A DNA stretch of 64,000 nucleotides from Strigamia acuminata (lineage: Eukaryota). Position numbers and translations under genes: made by a program. The stretch spans positions 15,004,001 to 15,068,000 of the forward strand of contig OX442314.1 of NCBI GenBank assembly GCA_949358305.1, read 5' to 3'. The notes under the pieces were generated by a model. That model was not told where the DNA came from and searched no databases. It saw only the letters and a list, made by a program, of their open reading frames with translations. Each line of letters begins with the position of its first letter. Position 1 is the stretch's first letter. This document shows positions 25,401 through 40,400 of this stretch, piece by piece.

Positions 25401-28400
25401 CACTATAAGTGCTAATGCTAATGTACATGGCCCATAACCTTAGGTTCTAGAATACGTTGCAGTTAGAATCTGCCAAGTGGGGAGTTCGTACATGCGTATA
25501 TGTCGCGGATATGCGTCTTAAAAGGATGTTAGTTTCTGTAACAAATGCGGATTTGTTATGGATTTTGGAATAGCATTATTATCTCTTGCTAGCCTCACCT
25601 TTAATTGGATCTGAAAACAAAAGTAACGTTCTACTTTTGTTTGTACTGGAATATTTGAACTAACACAAACATTCGAATCTACGGATATTGGGAAAATATG
25701 CACAGTTGGTCCCGGGGTTCGAAGCATATACAAATTAAGCTTTAAACCAATTGATGTATTCTAGATCGACCAAAGCATAATCTAATGCATGGATTTCCTC
25801 TACAAATCACTTTTCGACGCTCACAACCCGATTATGCTAAGACTATGGACTAGATTGGTTGCTTAAACTGACTCAAAATACATCTCACTTCTTGTCTGCG
25901 CACGGTCAGTCGATCGTCTATTGGCGCATCCATGTTTATTATGATTGTACTTCCGACGTATATTATTGGACACATGTGGTTTTTTTACTTCTTGGAGCCT
26001 ACATATGAACCGTAGGCAATATCATCCGAACTTAATGTAGACTAGTTCAGTGATTTTCGAATTGGAGTCTGTGGACCCATGAGGGTCCGCGAGCGAGAGG
26101 CTGCGGGTCTGCAAATAAGTTTTGCACTTGGGCGCCAGACCATAAATACATAAAAATGAAATAAAATATTAATGTTGTCGCCATTGTTTGATGTATTATA
26201 AACGTGAAAAAAAAAACCTTTCATCTCAAATAATCTGAACTGCATAAAAATTGGGTTGGTTTTACATAAATATTACTACATCTAGAATCTAGTTGCATCA
26301 ATATTTTTCTGCAACTGAATATGAACGGGTTCGTGACGCATTTGGGCAAAAAATACCAGTCTGCTACAATACAAAGTTTAGGAAGCACAGCTAAATTTAA
26401 TCTTCATCCCATTCTAGGCAGAAAGTTTAAATGTGCTTCAAATTGTGAATTATATTTTTTTCATTGCTTTAGTAATAGTAGGTACAATTTTACTAGGCTT
26501 AATATTACTGCTACGTTTTAGGTGTCTGCGGGAAGCATGTGCGCAGATCGTAACACGCCGTTTGAATTTAGCATTAAAATATTGGGCGACAAACTGTAGG
26601 TTAGGGCTTTGTTCGATGCGAACAAGGTGTTAGGCATTAGAAAATCCTATGTTATTCTAGAAGTTTGCCGGTAGTTTTCTTTGATGTATACTGAAATCAA
26701 ACTTAATATTGATTGGTTCTTTTGACTTTGATTTAACTTTTCGGTTAAAGTCAATTACAGTTGAGTTTGTTGTTTAGTTCAAACAATAATTGCTGCGATT
26801 TGTTTGTGAGGGTTCTTAAATGCTCGTTGATATATTGGCGGCCAAATAACCCATTTAAAAGGAAATGCAATTAGGAATGTTAAATAAAGAGCAGTAAGAC
26901 GGAGAAATGAGTTTCGTGTTCACATTCTCGCGCGAAAGAACTATTTGAAGGGGAAAAAAAATGATAGTACGGGTAGTAAAAAAAAAAAGTGAATGAAATG
27001 AGTTAAGTTTAGAACCATTAAAATTGCTTTCTTCTCGGGTGCCTTCTCATTTTGTTGACATTTGGAATGATTTATGCGATGATTGCATTTGTGACACACT
27101 TCACCACTTTTCTAGAAAGATTAATGAAATGTGTTTTCTTTTTTTTTTCTTAAAAAAATCTTTTTCCCACTGGTGCGTCAAATTAAAGAGTGAAATTTGT
27201 TCGGCGTTTTATCTGAGCCGTACATGTTTTTAGGTTCGGTTTCTCATAACAATCAAGCCAAGTCTATTAACAGCTATTTAAGGGATGGTAATTGCTCATT
27301 GAATAAAAAGAAAAAAGTGAAAGAAAAAGGGACAAATAAGATTGAGTTCTATCATTTGTTGCAAAGTTGATATTCATTTGGAATTAAATGATCTGTCAGT
27401 CACTAGCACTTAGCATTTTTTGCCTTGTTTCCATTGAGGGGAAAAAATGTATGGATAGATTAATGGCAGCTGCCGTATCTACACGACAAAGCCAGTAAAC
27501 TGGTTGGCGTGAAAATATGAAAAATGGTGTGCCATTAAGTGCAAGAAAGCGTAAAGTTTAATTTTTCACTCAAAACTTGCATGGTTTAATACTAAAGGCA
27601 AAATATTTTTTCAACTTTATTTTTTCTTCACTTTCTCCTGTGATATTGCGATGTCTATGCGAATCTAATAAATTGATGAAAATATTATTGTGGGTTGGAA
27701 TTGAATTTATCATATTCTGCATGAAGAAAATGGAAGTCACTTTATTTTTGTTTTTCTTTCTTGATCAAATTTTCTAATATGCCTTTGCTTAAAAATTTAT
27801 TTATGTGTATTATTATTGTGGTTGACGGAACGTTGGTTTTGATGTGATTTGTCTTTGTTTTTTAGGTGAAATTTCTAAAGAGTAAAGAAGGATGCGCAAT
27901 GGTACAAATGGGAGATGGTGCTGCTGTAGAGCGTGCTATTCAGAATCTGAACAACAGTGTCTTCTTTGGCAACAAAATGCAGTTAGGGTAAGTTGATTGA
28001 TGTGAATAAAAGCATAACTCATCTTGTTTTAAAGGTGGGAAATTCTTTTCGGGGGGATAGTGCACTTAAAACTAAATGTGTGCGAATTTTTATCGAGGTG
28101 GTGGCAGTAGTGAAGCACTGGCTGTGCGCGAAAATGTTACCATGTGTGGAATGTGACCTTTTTATTGATTTTTTTTATTGTAGTCAAAGAGCAAGAATCT
28201 TGGCCCCCCACTCCCATTTTTATCTGCCAGAAGTGGCATTTTGTATGCTAAAATGCACGAGGAAAGGCGCGTGTGCTGTTAGCTGTCGTTGCGTACATGC
28301 GTTATTATCTCAACGCCTTTTGTTATTTTGTATCCGACAGTAATTTTAAGTGCTTGTGAAATGTGTTCCAATAACAAAAGACGAGAAGACTGCGCTAGTA

Positions 28401-31400
28401 ATTGCCAAGAACAGCATTTTCCTACCACACATGATGCCAGTGCTTACGACGTTGAGCGCGAGATTGTTTCGTGCGAGAAAAGGGCCCACTACTGAGCCGT
28501 TTAGCTCGTCTAATCAAGGTTCCTTGTTTCATACCACCAACTAAATCTCGAGATATGAATATTGGCAGACGGTAATGAAGAAGCGCTGTGTTTTCACAGT
28601 CTTTCTTTTCCAGTTTCTTTTACAATCTTTCTTTTTTTGTTGGCGCAAAGAAAGCGAGCTTTTGCTCAATATACGGTTAGAGTGGCAAGTTGAAGAGGAA
28701 AGTCATGACACTCAAGGGTGAAATAATGTTTTTCGTTTGATGAGTTGCCAATGGTGACCGCAGGGAGTGATTTGTAAGGTAGCAGCGCAGTAAAGAGCGA
28801 GGGGCGAGTCTGTATTTTGGATCAATGACATAGTACAAGTTGCAAGTTTGATTTGAAGCAGATGTATGTTTGTTTAAATGGAACGACGTTTTTTATTTTT
28901 TTTTAAAAATGTTTTAATAACAGTTAGTCGATAATGCTAATATTGAAACAGACCGGAGATTGGAGTTTTCAGGAAGGAGGTTTCTAATTTTGAAGAGTTT
29001 GGATATGGAATGTGTCGAAATTGGATTTTTTTTTAGGAAAACAATTTTTTTTCGGAGGGGTATTGTTTGGTTTGAACGCTTTTATCTCGGAAAGTGGCCG
29101 ACGCAACGAAGCAGCAGGTTTGAAATTTTCTTGTCACTTGGATGATTTTTTCGGGGTGAGAAGTTGATGATAATACTCGAAGGAATATTAAATTTGACGT
29201 GAAAAGATAGAGCTAATGCATTTAGTTTATAATTTAATTTTGTTTAGTGGGAATTGATTGATAATTTAAGAGTATACAATGCAGAATCAGCATGAGAAAT
29301 ATGCAAATTGCAGTATATAGTTTGCGTGAAGGAGGCACTTTTGCGTACAATTCATTACCTCTGCGGTTGAGTTTGTTAAGTTATCATGTTGGATTGCCGC
29401 TCATTTCATATATAGCTTAATGATCCTTCCTCTCACGCGAAACTAAAATGTTTTTAAAAAAAAAAATTAACTTTAATGTTATTTTTTTTTATTTCATCTT
29501 CACTACATTTGTGGCATTAAATGGGCAATAAATAGCAGCATCCCAATCCAAGCATGAAATTACTTATGGCATTATTTTCTTTAACGTTGATGTGCGATTA
29601 AATTTTCCTCTTTTTTTTCTATTTTAGAAAAAGAAAAATGAAAATAATAATTTGAAAACGAAATCGAAAAAGTTGATTATTATTATTATTTTTCCTTTTT
29701 ACATTTACTTTTATTTCTAGCCATTTCTACCTATTTCCCCCCGTCTTCTAAGCTTGTACTCCCCATGTGGCAGCAAAGCAAATTTGATATATTGAATCCT
29801 GAAGTGAACAGGAAAGGGAAGGAGAATTGGATCAAGAGCAGTGGCTTTTTCCGTGGGATTTTCCCCTGACGATTGTTGCAAGAAGCATTTGCGTGTCTAA
29901 TGTTATTTTTGATAGTAACTAGAAGGGAAAGGCTGGCGTCGACCCACTTTAACCTTTCCTTAGCTCATGTTCCTTCCATATTTACGAAGTCTTATCGAAA
30001 TTGAATTATTTATTTTCATCTTTTTCTTGTACGTGCAAGTTGAGAAGTGAGGAATTAGTATGCGTTGCTACGAGAAGGAGAAAATGTATAAAACAGGATG
30101 TTTTCCGCTGGTAGCTGCTGCGGTGTTTCAATTCTTGCAATTTAATATTTCCGAAATTGGAACTAATTTCAATGACTTTAATTAGGGAGTTCTTAATGGT
30201 TGCTTAGTGCTGGCTGTTAACGTAATGAGATGATTCATATGGACATGAGAAATAAATTTGCTCGCCGGAGGTTTGGAGAGAGGTTGGTGCGTTTTCCGGT
30301 GTCTCTTTTTTGTTGGCGGGAATTGATTTTTGCTGCAGTTCATTGGATGATTGTGAAAACGCTGTTAACTTGGTTACTGAACTCGTAAAAAGGAGCTGAA
30401 TTTGAGTAGTTGAGCAAGGAATGAGATGGTGGTTGCAATGGAATTTTTTAGTGCGGGAGATTGTGATCTTGGCATAAGCTAGACGAATGAGTCGACAAGA
30501 AAGCAAGTGATTTAAATGAAGAAAAATGGGCTGGAATTTAATTTCCATCTTGACAGCGTGTACACTTCTGCATCCTACCTTCAAATGAGTTAATTATCCT
30601 CTTGCTAATGAAGCAGTTTAAAATCAACATGCACTTTGTTGAATAAAAGCACAATTTGGCGAATCTACGTGATCAATCTTTTTTAAAGGTTGCTGACTTG
30701 GACTTTTATCTTTGTGTTTTTATTATTTGCGCATTATCATGATGAACGATAACAAAGATTTTTTTTTTTTTTTATGCTTTTCCATGAACAATGCGGGATT
30801 TTTCGTCCTGCCTTTTCCTCCCTCGAAAACAGTAAACATGTAATCTGTCCATGTGTGGTGGCAGTTGCCTAGTTACCAACACTTGAAACGAGTGGGCGAG
30901 TGCTAGTTGAATGATCAGCTAACCATTTATTCTTTTTTTTGCTATTGTTGTTCGATATTGCATTTTATTTTATGGCGAGGTGTGAAGGTCACGCGAATGG
31001 ACACGATGTCCAGCCGCTAAAAGCTTCCCGCTGGTGGCGTACTCCATGCCCAAATTTAGTGCGTTTGCGTGAGTAGCTGTCGGCAATGCTTTTATCAAAT
31101 TGAACTTCCATCAAGGTTAGAAAGTGCAGCTTTGGTGGTTCATAAAACTCCAATTTGCCTCTCATCTGGGCCGTTCGCCTCTCTGCTTCTATGATTTTCC
31201 CCTAGTCAGCTGTATTCGAAGCCCCCTTCTACTTAAGAATATGCGTTTTTCTCTTCGTTTTCCTCTCCTCCTCCTCCTCTCTCTCCTTTTCTCCTCTCAT
31301 CTCCAGCTTCGTCCCTAATTTGTTAGACTGGCGTGTGAGTCGCGTACAGATTGGAACAATTCGTTTTCATTGTGCTTTTAATAATTAATCAAGATGCAAT

Positions 31401-34400
31401 TTAAAGGGGATGGGGGACAAAAGGAGGACTCGAAAGGGGTTGGATGATCCAGTTGGAGCTCCCCAGCCCAATCTTTAGTTGGTTTGTTCGAGCACGTTTC
31501 TTGCGCGAAATTAATTGAAAATCCATGTAGTTCGTAATGGGAATTGGAAATGACATGAGGGTTTAAGGGAATGACATGCGGGAGAAAATCCAGTCGGATG
31601 AATATGAGACTTGTGTGTTGCTACACTTCTAACATTCTCTCTCTTTTCTCATTTATTATTAAAATGCGTTTGGTTCTCACTGCTAATGATAGGAATTTGT
31701 TTGGAAAGCATGCATGCTATTTCGTGCATCAGCAATTATTATAATTTAGCGAATTATATGATCAGTTTGACTTTAGTTTTCCCAAATGTTTCCAGCGCTC
31801 GTAGTTTAGGAGATTTGTTTGGGCTCTAAACAAGTCACTTGTCGTCTTTCTGAAAGAAAACTTTGCTAGAACTTTAATCGGGAATTTTTAAACTGAACTG
31901 CTGCATTAATTCTTTCCTAAAATATTGAGAATTTTGCGGGTTTCGTCACGTTTGGATTTATTTGGGATTTGCAAATATCAAATGTCGAGTTTTTATGAGA
32001 ATTTATATGAATGAACATTTCATGTGAAAACTTTTTGTTTGATTGAATGAGAATTTATTTTTTTTATTTTTTATTTTTGTTTAGCCGGTTGAAGTGGATC
32101 GTAATTTTAAGTGCTTTAAAGTTTTTTTTTTTTTTTTTGACAAGCAGTTTTATGAGTAGGCATTACAGGAGTACTCCATTTTGGTAACAGAGTGGAAAAA
32201 GTTTGATTGTGATCCATTTTTTATGTATTTTTTTCTATATTAAAATGCGCTGAGGCTGAGTTTGAATTATTTATTGAACGTCATAGAGATTTGCGGTTTG
32301 GTTGTTAGTGGCTTTCGGAATAACGTATTTCAGCAGTTGGGGGACTATGGGCAGATTAAAATATTCATTCATTTCACTGTTGTTGTCCACTTGCGGTGTG
32401 TTCGATGTTGACTTACGGTGCTGGGGGAATTAAATACGGGGGATCAGATGAATCTGAAAAATCGTTTTGATGAAAGTATTTACTTTATTCAAAAATTCAC
32501 TTTCTTTTCTTATTGAATAATTCAGTATTTACATTGGCGAGCTGAACAGCATTTTCTTTGCATAATATACCGTAAGTTTAAATTGATTTTTTCTATTGAT
32601 TCCAAGTTCTCAATCTTTAAAAATTAATATAGAGAAAAAAATAAGAAGGAAAAAAAAACATTGTAATTTATTGAACAGATGCTTTAATTGAATTGGGGAT
32701 TTTTTATTAGAAATTTTTTTTTTCCGAAGACAAATATCGCATTCCAATCCTTACACAGACAATTTGAAAATGGGTTTATATCTTTGGTTGATTTTTTTTT
32801 CACTCGGTTTTTATTACCGCACGTTTTGCTTGGTGTTTTTTTTTACTCTCCTACTTTGTGTCGTTGAAAGACATCGCGGTGGTGCAATATTTCTAACTGA
32901 TAGGTTGTGTATACACAACTTTGAGAGTAAAAAAAATAGAAGATGCCAGTACATCTTAAAAGATTTATAACTTGGGCCGACGTGAAATTGTGCTAGCGTA
33001 TCTTATGTGGTCTTAGACACAGGGTTATGCTTGGCTGGCCATTAGCAAAACGGGGCGAGATGGAAAGGTTCAAAGGGAATTTAATACTTAACCTATTTTT
33101 ATACCCTTTTTTACCATCGATTTTAATTTTTTTTTATTTTTTCTTTATTTTTTCTTTATTTTTTTTTACAGTTTCTCGAAACAGGCATTCCTGAATGATG
33201 TTCAGCAACCGTTCGAACTTCCTGATGGTAGCCCGTCTTTCAAAGATTTCATGGGTAACCGGAACAACCGCTTCACCAATCCAGAAGCAGCAAGCAAGAA
33301 CCGAATTCAGCCACCGTCTAAGGTGCTTCATTTCTTCAACACTCCTTCCGGTATTTCAGAAGAAGAACTCAAAAAGGTATGAAATTTAAATAAATGGAAA
33401 ATAGGACGTTTTATTGCTGACATTTCTCTTTTAGCAATGAATGAGTTTATAATTAAAGTCAACAAGTTATCGTTATTGGAGAGATTTAGAAAAATGATAG
33501 GAGTGTGATAAATTTTGACAATTGTATGGAGGGAAAGAAATGAGGTTGTCATAAGATGAAACAAATGAGTTGCAGTGAATAAAATGGAGCGCGAAAAAAT
33601 TAATGGTTACAAATTTGCTGCGTGGCGAGACCACGAGCGGGGAGGGGCAGTAAGGAAAGAAAAGAAGAAGAAAAAATTGGGAAAGAGTCCAAGTTGGACC
33701 TAAAAGTAACTTGGATGGCTCTATTTTGCGCCTGATGATTCACTACCTCTGAAATTCCACTATATTATTATTAAAGCAAGATGCCGACTAATGATAGTTT
33801 ATTGAACAGGTCATGGAAAGCAGTCAAAACAGGCATTAAAATTGGTTGGGTTTTTTTGGCCGGCTGATACGTGAAGAATGGGTCGTGAATAAAATATATT
33901 TTTTGAATGAATAAAGGGCTGGGAGTTTAGATTCAGTCCAACAGAAGGGAGGGCCTTTCATTTCGTCTGTGGTTTTGATAGAGCTGATTTTGCCACAATC
34001 TCGGCACTAGCAGATGGTTCTCGTTACGCACTCTTAGTACGTGCTGAGCCCTTAATACACTTTACGTTAAGAGAGACGAGGGAGATTTCTCTAACATGGT
34101 TGGCAGTGGGCTGGATTGAAGGGGGTTATGTCGGTCTTTGTGTGCCGTTGGATGGAGTTTTCAGATGAGAATGGAAGAGCGAGCTAAAGTGAAGGCACGA
34201 GCTTCTCTACTTATGTGACTGATCAGGTCCCATAAGATACAATCCATCAGAAGGTAGAAAGACATGGAATACTACTCTAGACCGGTGTATATAGATCTCT
34301 TAGTGTGTGGAGTGGGGTCTCGGGGAGAAATTTTATGATTATATTTTTCAAGTTGAAATTGAAAAAATAAATTATTATTATTATTATTTAATACTGTTAT

Positions 34401-37400
34401 TACTATTAGCACAGTTTGCGGAAGGTACTTTTTTCTTATAATTATACATATACACTTTTCCATTGCAGTTATAAAGCTTTCGTTACACTAAACACTACAT
34501 AGTGTCTGATCCTACAATGCATATGGTAGCAATCATAGTGGAAAATTATCGGATTGGCCGCGCGTTGTTTGCAGTGTTAGCTTCGTTTAGAGTTAGGAGT
34601 TTTCCACTTACGTTTACAGATGTAAGATAAATGTACCTGCTGCGAACTCAGTTTTATCTAGAATGATTAAACACGGGACTTTCTAGCCGCTGTTTTTACT
34701 GTATGAGTGTTTTCCAATGCAAATGGGAAGGAGGAAACACCTGTTGGTGCAACATTCCAACTTTCTGCGGGCAGACGTTTTCACATGACATTGTTGGCAT
34801 TTTCTTGGATTTGAACAATGTAATTTTCGAGTCATTTCAGCCATAGGTGGCGCCGCAACCACAAGACAAGATCGCTTAGTTCTAACAATGAATTTGTTGC
34901 ATGTAAAGTCCTGTGTTTAATCATGCGAGGTATTATTAAAAAATTTGTTGATACGCATTGTAGGATTGTTTGAGTTTGGGGAAAGGGACATAAGTGAATG
35001 GAAATGATGAAGTGTTGTTAAGGGCAATGACATGTCACGTAATTAGTTTGCTAGTGAACATTGCGATTGGAGTATTCTACGTGAATGCACGTAGCATTGA
35101 AATTGGATTGGTTTTAGCCATGGGTCTGACTTCCAATTATCCAGCTCAAGAAAACTTGCCTCTTCTGTCAGGGGACCCAACGGCTTGTGGTTTAACATTT
35201 TTGATTAAAGATAAAGCCCAAAATAAATAACCGGATGTAAATAGCAGATTTTAAGTTAGTTTAATGTGTAGTATTGATTTTGAAGCAGAAAATGTAATTA
35301 GTTTTATCAATTTTGAATATTTTTTTGTAGAGAGAAAGGATACAATAGAACTCGAGTGGGATTAAATGGGAAAACAGTACTGGCAACTTAGACTACGTAA
35401 GACATAAACGGCTGAAATTGATGCTCATTTTATTTTCTTGTTATAAAAATATGAACAAACGTTGTAAACTTTTGATTAAAGTAATGATTTTAAAATTTTT
35501 TTTATTCTAATATTCTATTTATTTAGTTCGGAGAATGATTGTGTGTCTGTTAAAGTCGCGAATTGTAATCCTCTTGGGCTTTTCCGTTCTTTTTTGGCTC
35601 GCGCAGCTGCTGAATCATAGTACAGGTGACCCAAATTGACTAGAGTTTTCTTTTTGCTCTTACGCCAAATGCTTGCTTGGTAGCTGTTGGGTTCGAGCCC
35701 AAGAATTTATTTGTTTTATTTTCTCCTTTCATTTTTTTTTCTTATTTTTTTTTTGCCACCGAGTTATTCGTTCGTGTGCTTTTACGTTGCTTCGTTTCAT
35801 TATTCATCCGATGACAGATCCGTGAATGAGAGCGGGGCGCGGCAGGTTCAAGAAAATGAGGTGTGCACAAAGTAAAACTCCTTTAGATCGTTTTCTTCAC
35901 TTTGCTGTCCACATTTTTCTCCATTTCTCCAAATTGGTGTAGTGGAAAAATTTACTAGTCTGGGGTACAAAGATAAGAGGTATAGAAGAATGTTTTATTT
36001 TGTTTTACGTTCCTCTTCGCTCTCTCTCTCTCTTTCTCTCTCTCTTTCTTTCTTCTTTTCCGTCTTGTTACAAACTAGTGAAGCGTTTAGGGAAGAGTCA
36101 AGTGGAATGAACACTAATCGGAAGGAAATTAAAAATGTTTTTTACGTTTATTTATTAAACGTTGAAAATAAAAACTGGATAATATGAAATTTAAAATTTA
36201 ATTAAGCTACAGTATTTCAAGGTTGACATTTAATTAGTCGTGCAGTTGTAATGTCATTTGCAGTTTCTTTCCCCAACGGGGGTGTGTGGAGAAGAATATC
36301 TGCCCCCTTTCTCATAATATAAATTTAAAGATTTCCGCTGGCACTGTTCTTTATGAAAATAAAGTTCGTGTAAGAATTTCCACCGAGAAAAAGTCTTAGG
36401 TAGTACAAGCATGTCTTAAGTGTAGAAGAAGAAGGTGAATTGGGAAAAGGTGTTGCGTGCCAGTGACATGAAAAGGAACCAATAAAGAAGACACGAACTC
36501 GAGGGACCTTCATACTGCGTAAAAGGGAGGCACATTCTGTTGTCTATCAAACGTGAACTCTTACGAGGAGAGGTGTAAGTGGAAAATTCTTGAGGTTGAA
36601 ATCAGGCGATGGCATTTGTAAACTGCATTGAACAAATGGAACTGATTTTTTTTTTTTTACTTTATTTTTTTTTAACTCTTTCTTGTACTTGATTTTGAGG
36701 AAGTTGGAAATTGCAGTGGTGATTGGTGCTGTTGGTGCATAATTGACATTGATTTGTCAGGGCTGTTATTTCAGTCAACAACGGGAAGTAGGTGCTGGAA
36801 ATACTGCAGAACAGACCTTGGTATGGGAACGTTTTATCCGTATCGTTGGTTGAGGAATGGAGAAACAGATGGGCTTGGCACACGTACGCTTTTGTGTGAC
36901 TCATCAAAGGTTACACACTCCTTGTTTAGCTTGTATAATTAATTGCTAGTTCCGTACAAGTCTTGGGTATACATTGCATGTTTGTTTAAGGTGTTGGTTC
37001 ATCATTATTTCCAAAATTCCCATATTTATTACCTGCCAGGGTTGGATATTTAGTTTGGCTCGCGGATTGCGACTAGTTTTTTTTTGTTTTTTGTCATTTA
37101 TTATTCTCCAGCATTTTACTTTCACTGAATAAATGTTTATAATAGGATTTTGGCTTAGGGTTTTTCACTGATTAATTTTTTTTAAAGGCGAAATTGGTAT
37201 TGAATATCCCTACTTTTTTCTTACCTTTCTTTTTCTTCTAACTGCACACTTATTTTCTAATTTTCTTTTCTTTTCCTTGTTTTTTTTTTGTTTTTAGCTC
37301 TTCCAAACTTTTTTCCCTTGTGTTTTTTTTTTTTTGTTTTTTATCTCGAATTGCAATGGTGACAAAATAATGAAAAAACATAGTGAAACATTTTGGCAGG

Positions 37401-40400
37401 CCAAGCTTCTTGCTACTGGTGCTTTAAGGCGTCAGATGGCGGCTTGTCGCAAGAGGCACATGCTGGCTTTCGTTTCATGGTTTCTCTTTTTTTTCTCTTC
37501 TTCAGTTGTCTAATGACGAGCTTGGCCATATTTTTTAGCTTTTAGACACTTTGCCACCTTGTATCTTGAGGATTCCCGCTGGAATTCCTGTTCCATGGAA
37601 TGTTTATAACTCGCGGATTAATTCTCACGCGATGAATTATAGGAATGATATACTGAAACATGAACTATAAATTTTGTATGAAATTTAAAAAATAAATCCA
37701 TGGTTTATGTATTTACTTTATTTTTTCCTCCCTTACTCGCGAAATTCATTCATGAAACATTGAGTCTTGTTCCATTTATTTTTTCAACGCGCGAGTTCTT
37801 ATTTTATAAGACCTCCTAGTGCTTCTAGCAGCATCAATTTGGCTCTAATGCTGTTGGTGGAACCCAGCTAACTTTTGAAGACAGTTTAATGAGTTAACAT
37901 AAATTATTTTTTTATTTAAGTTGATAGTGATGGGATTTTACGCTACAAGCCAAAGGGATAAGTGTCAAGATGGGGTTTTTAAGGTTTAAAACTGCTGTCA
38001 CACAGTTATCTTAGATCATCCCTAAGGATTACTAAGTGTTTTTCTTCCCAACTTTTAAAATTTATCTTTCAATTTTTTATCGCAGCCTTCTTTTTCTTTA
38101 TTTTATACTTTCTCCCGATGCATTTCAGAACTTTGGCCAAAGGCATATCGATTCAACTGTATAATAAGTTTGTTTTGATCTACAAAAGTCCCAACTGAAT
38201 GAACGTCTTTAATTCCCAACTGTTGTCTTATCGTAAACTTGTTGGGTCATTAGTGATCGGAGTTTTTAATTGGTAACGCTAGAATCGGTGCTTATTGGAT
38301 TTATTTTAAGTGCAAGTTGCGAGTATAGCTTTAATACAACCCTGTAAAGAGCTTAACGTCAACAGGTAACGTCTCCCAGGTGATAAAGAAGATGAGTGGC
38401 ACGTGATAAGAACCCTGCTTTAGGAAAGATTGTTTACCTTTACGGTTGAGTGCAACTTAGTAAAATTGTTTTCTATGGCAAGTTCGAGTTTTAGATGCAA
38501 TTTTGATGAATCAACATGGGTGGAATGCAATTAGTAAATAATAAATCAAAACCATAGGCCTTTCGATCAAATGATCAAACGAATATAAAACTACCGGTAG
38601 GTTGATTTACCATCTTTATAGACTAAATATTGGATCATCCTAAAACCTGGAATAAGAAAAGGATGGAGGTTTCCGCTTCAGGGTGGAGATCCTAAGCGAA
38701 GTTGGAAGGTTGACCGTGCAAATAGTAGTTTGTAGTTTAGGGCGCCATTAATGTCATTAAAATCACTATTATTATCATCAAGAAAGTGCGCATTGAGATA
38801 GATGTTTTTTATGGGAGGTTGTGTGGACTGTGGAGCGGTGTTGCGGTTTGTGTACATCTTGGCAAAGTGATCAACATCGCTTGATTACTCAAATCAAGCT
38901 CCTTGATTAAGATGGTTAAGATGGGTTAGTAATTAGCTGTGGGCACGATTCTTTTTCTTTCGTTTCTTTAGCTAGAATTTGCTAATTTGTTGTGGCTGTC
39001 TGATTGCGTCTTGTGACAGATTACAAGATTGGCTGCAGTGATAAATTATTGCCGCTTATTTGATCAAATGTGAGGGTTTATGGGCAAGTGTAATCTGCTG
39101 TTTATTGCCAGGCAACCAGATTAGGGCGCTAATAACGTGTCTTAGTGTACAACTTGCTAAAGTGATTTCTAATTAATGTTTCTGGTTGAAAATATTTGCT
39201 GTTATTTATCATTTCGTTCATTTGCAGCAAGTGTTCGAAGAACAAGGCGTGAACCCTCCAAAGTCGGTGAAAATGTTCGCGTCTAAAAGTAAGTTTCTAA
39301 TATTTTTATTTGTTTTATTTTAATTGGAATAAGTCCAAATTTAAATAAAAGTCAAATTGCATCCGAGTGTAAAAGTTTTACTTAAACGAGTTGCATCTAA
39401 CAATAGCTTCTGGCACATTTTTCCCCATTCACCACTTAACCCTTTTGTTCGTTGATAAGATGTTATCGCACACAGTAAACAGTATGCAACTGGCTTTACT
39501 GAAGGTTTTAAAACCTTTAAAAAAAAAACTTTGCATAAATTTTTCAACACTTCCACTTGGACGTATTCCAATTTGACTTAACAGCTTTGTTTTTCATTAA
39601 TAAAAAAAACTATTTGTTTACAATTGATACTAATTGTTTCGGCCGAAATTTTCTCTAATTGATCCCAATTCAGATCAGCAAGCAGAACGCAGTTCCTCAG
39701 GGCTTCTTGAATGGGACAATATTTCGGAAGCCTTGGAAGCCTTGGTCACTACCAACCACACACCCATTCCTAATCCAAGTAAGTGAATTAATCGTTGTTG
39801 GATTTTTTTCCTTTTTCTGTTATTTTGGGTGGAGTCATCACTCTCTGTCGTATTTAATTTGTGTAGAAATACACCAGTGGTAACCAGCCCTCTGCACTTA
39901 TCCACTCGTTGCAGTTGGTGCTTGAGCAATTCCTTCCACCCACAACCCTACTGATGCGGTTGTTTCGTGCTATTTTCTGTAGATGCCATTTCTTGTAATT
40001 GGCCATTAGTAAATGAGAGAGAGAGAGAGAGAGAAAAGAGTGGTTGGCATCGCATTGCACGACGATGGCAGCGAAATGGTCGAGGGAGGTTTGGGGAAGA
40101 TGTAGTCAGACAATGGAAGAAGGCTTTGTCTGGTCTTATTCTTGCAGCATTTCCCGAAGGGAATTAATGACAATAGAAGATCGCACGTATGGTGCTAGTA
40201 ACATTAAAAGGATGATGAGACTATAAGGTGCAATGAAATGACAAGAAGAGGGTTTAACTTCTGTTTGGAGGGTCTAAATTTTTTTTCGAGGGCCGGGGTG
40301 GGAAGGGGGTAGCATTAGGGATATTGAAAAGGTACTTGAGGCGATGGTAAGAAGTGGGAATAGAAAAAAGGGGCGTTTACTTGAATGAACTCCCTCGAGT

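Noticed and set aside
25390..26665. Compositionally distinct block, possibly an old DNA transposon
   Set aside because: Only weak inverted matches and no coding signature could be established by eye.
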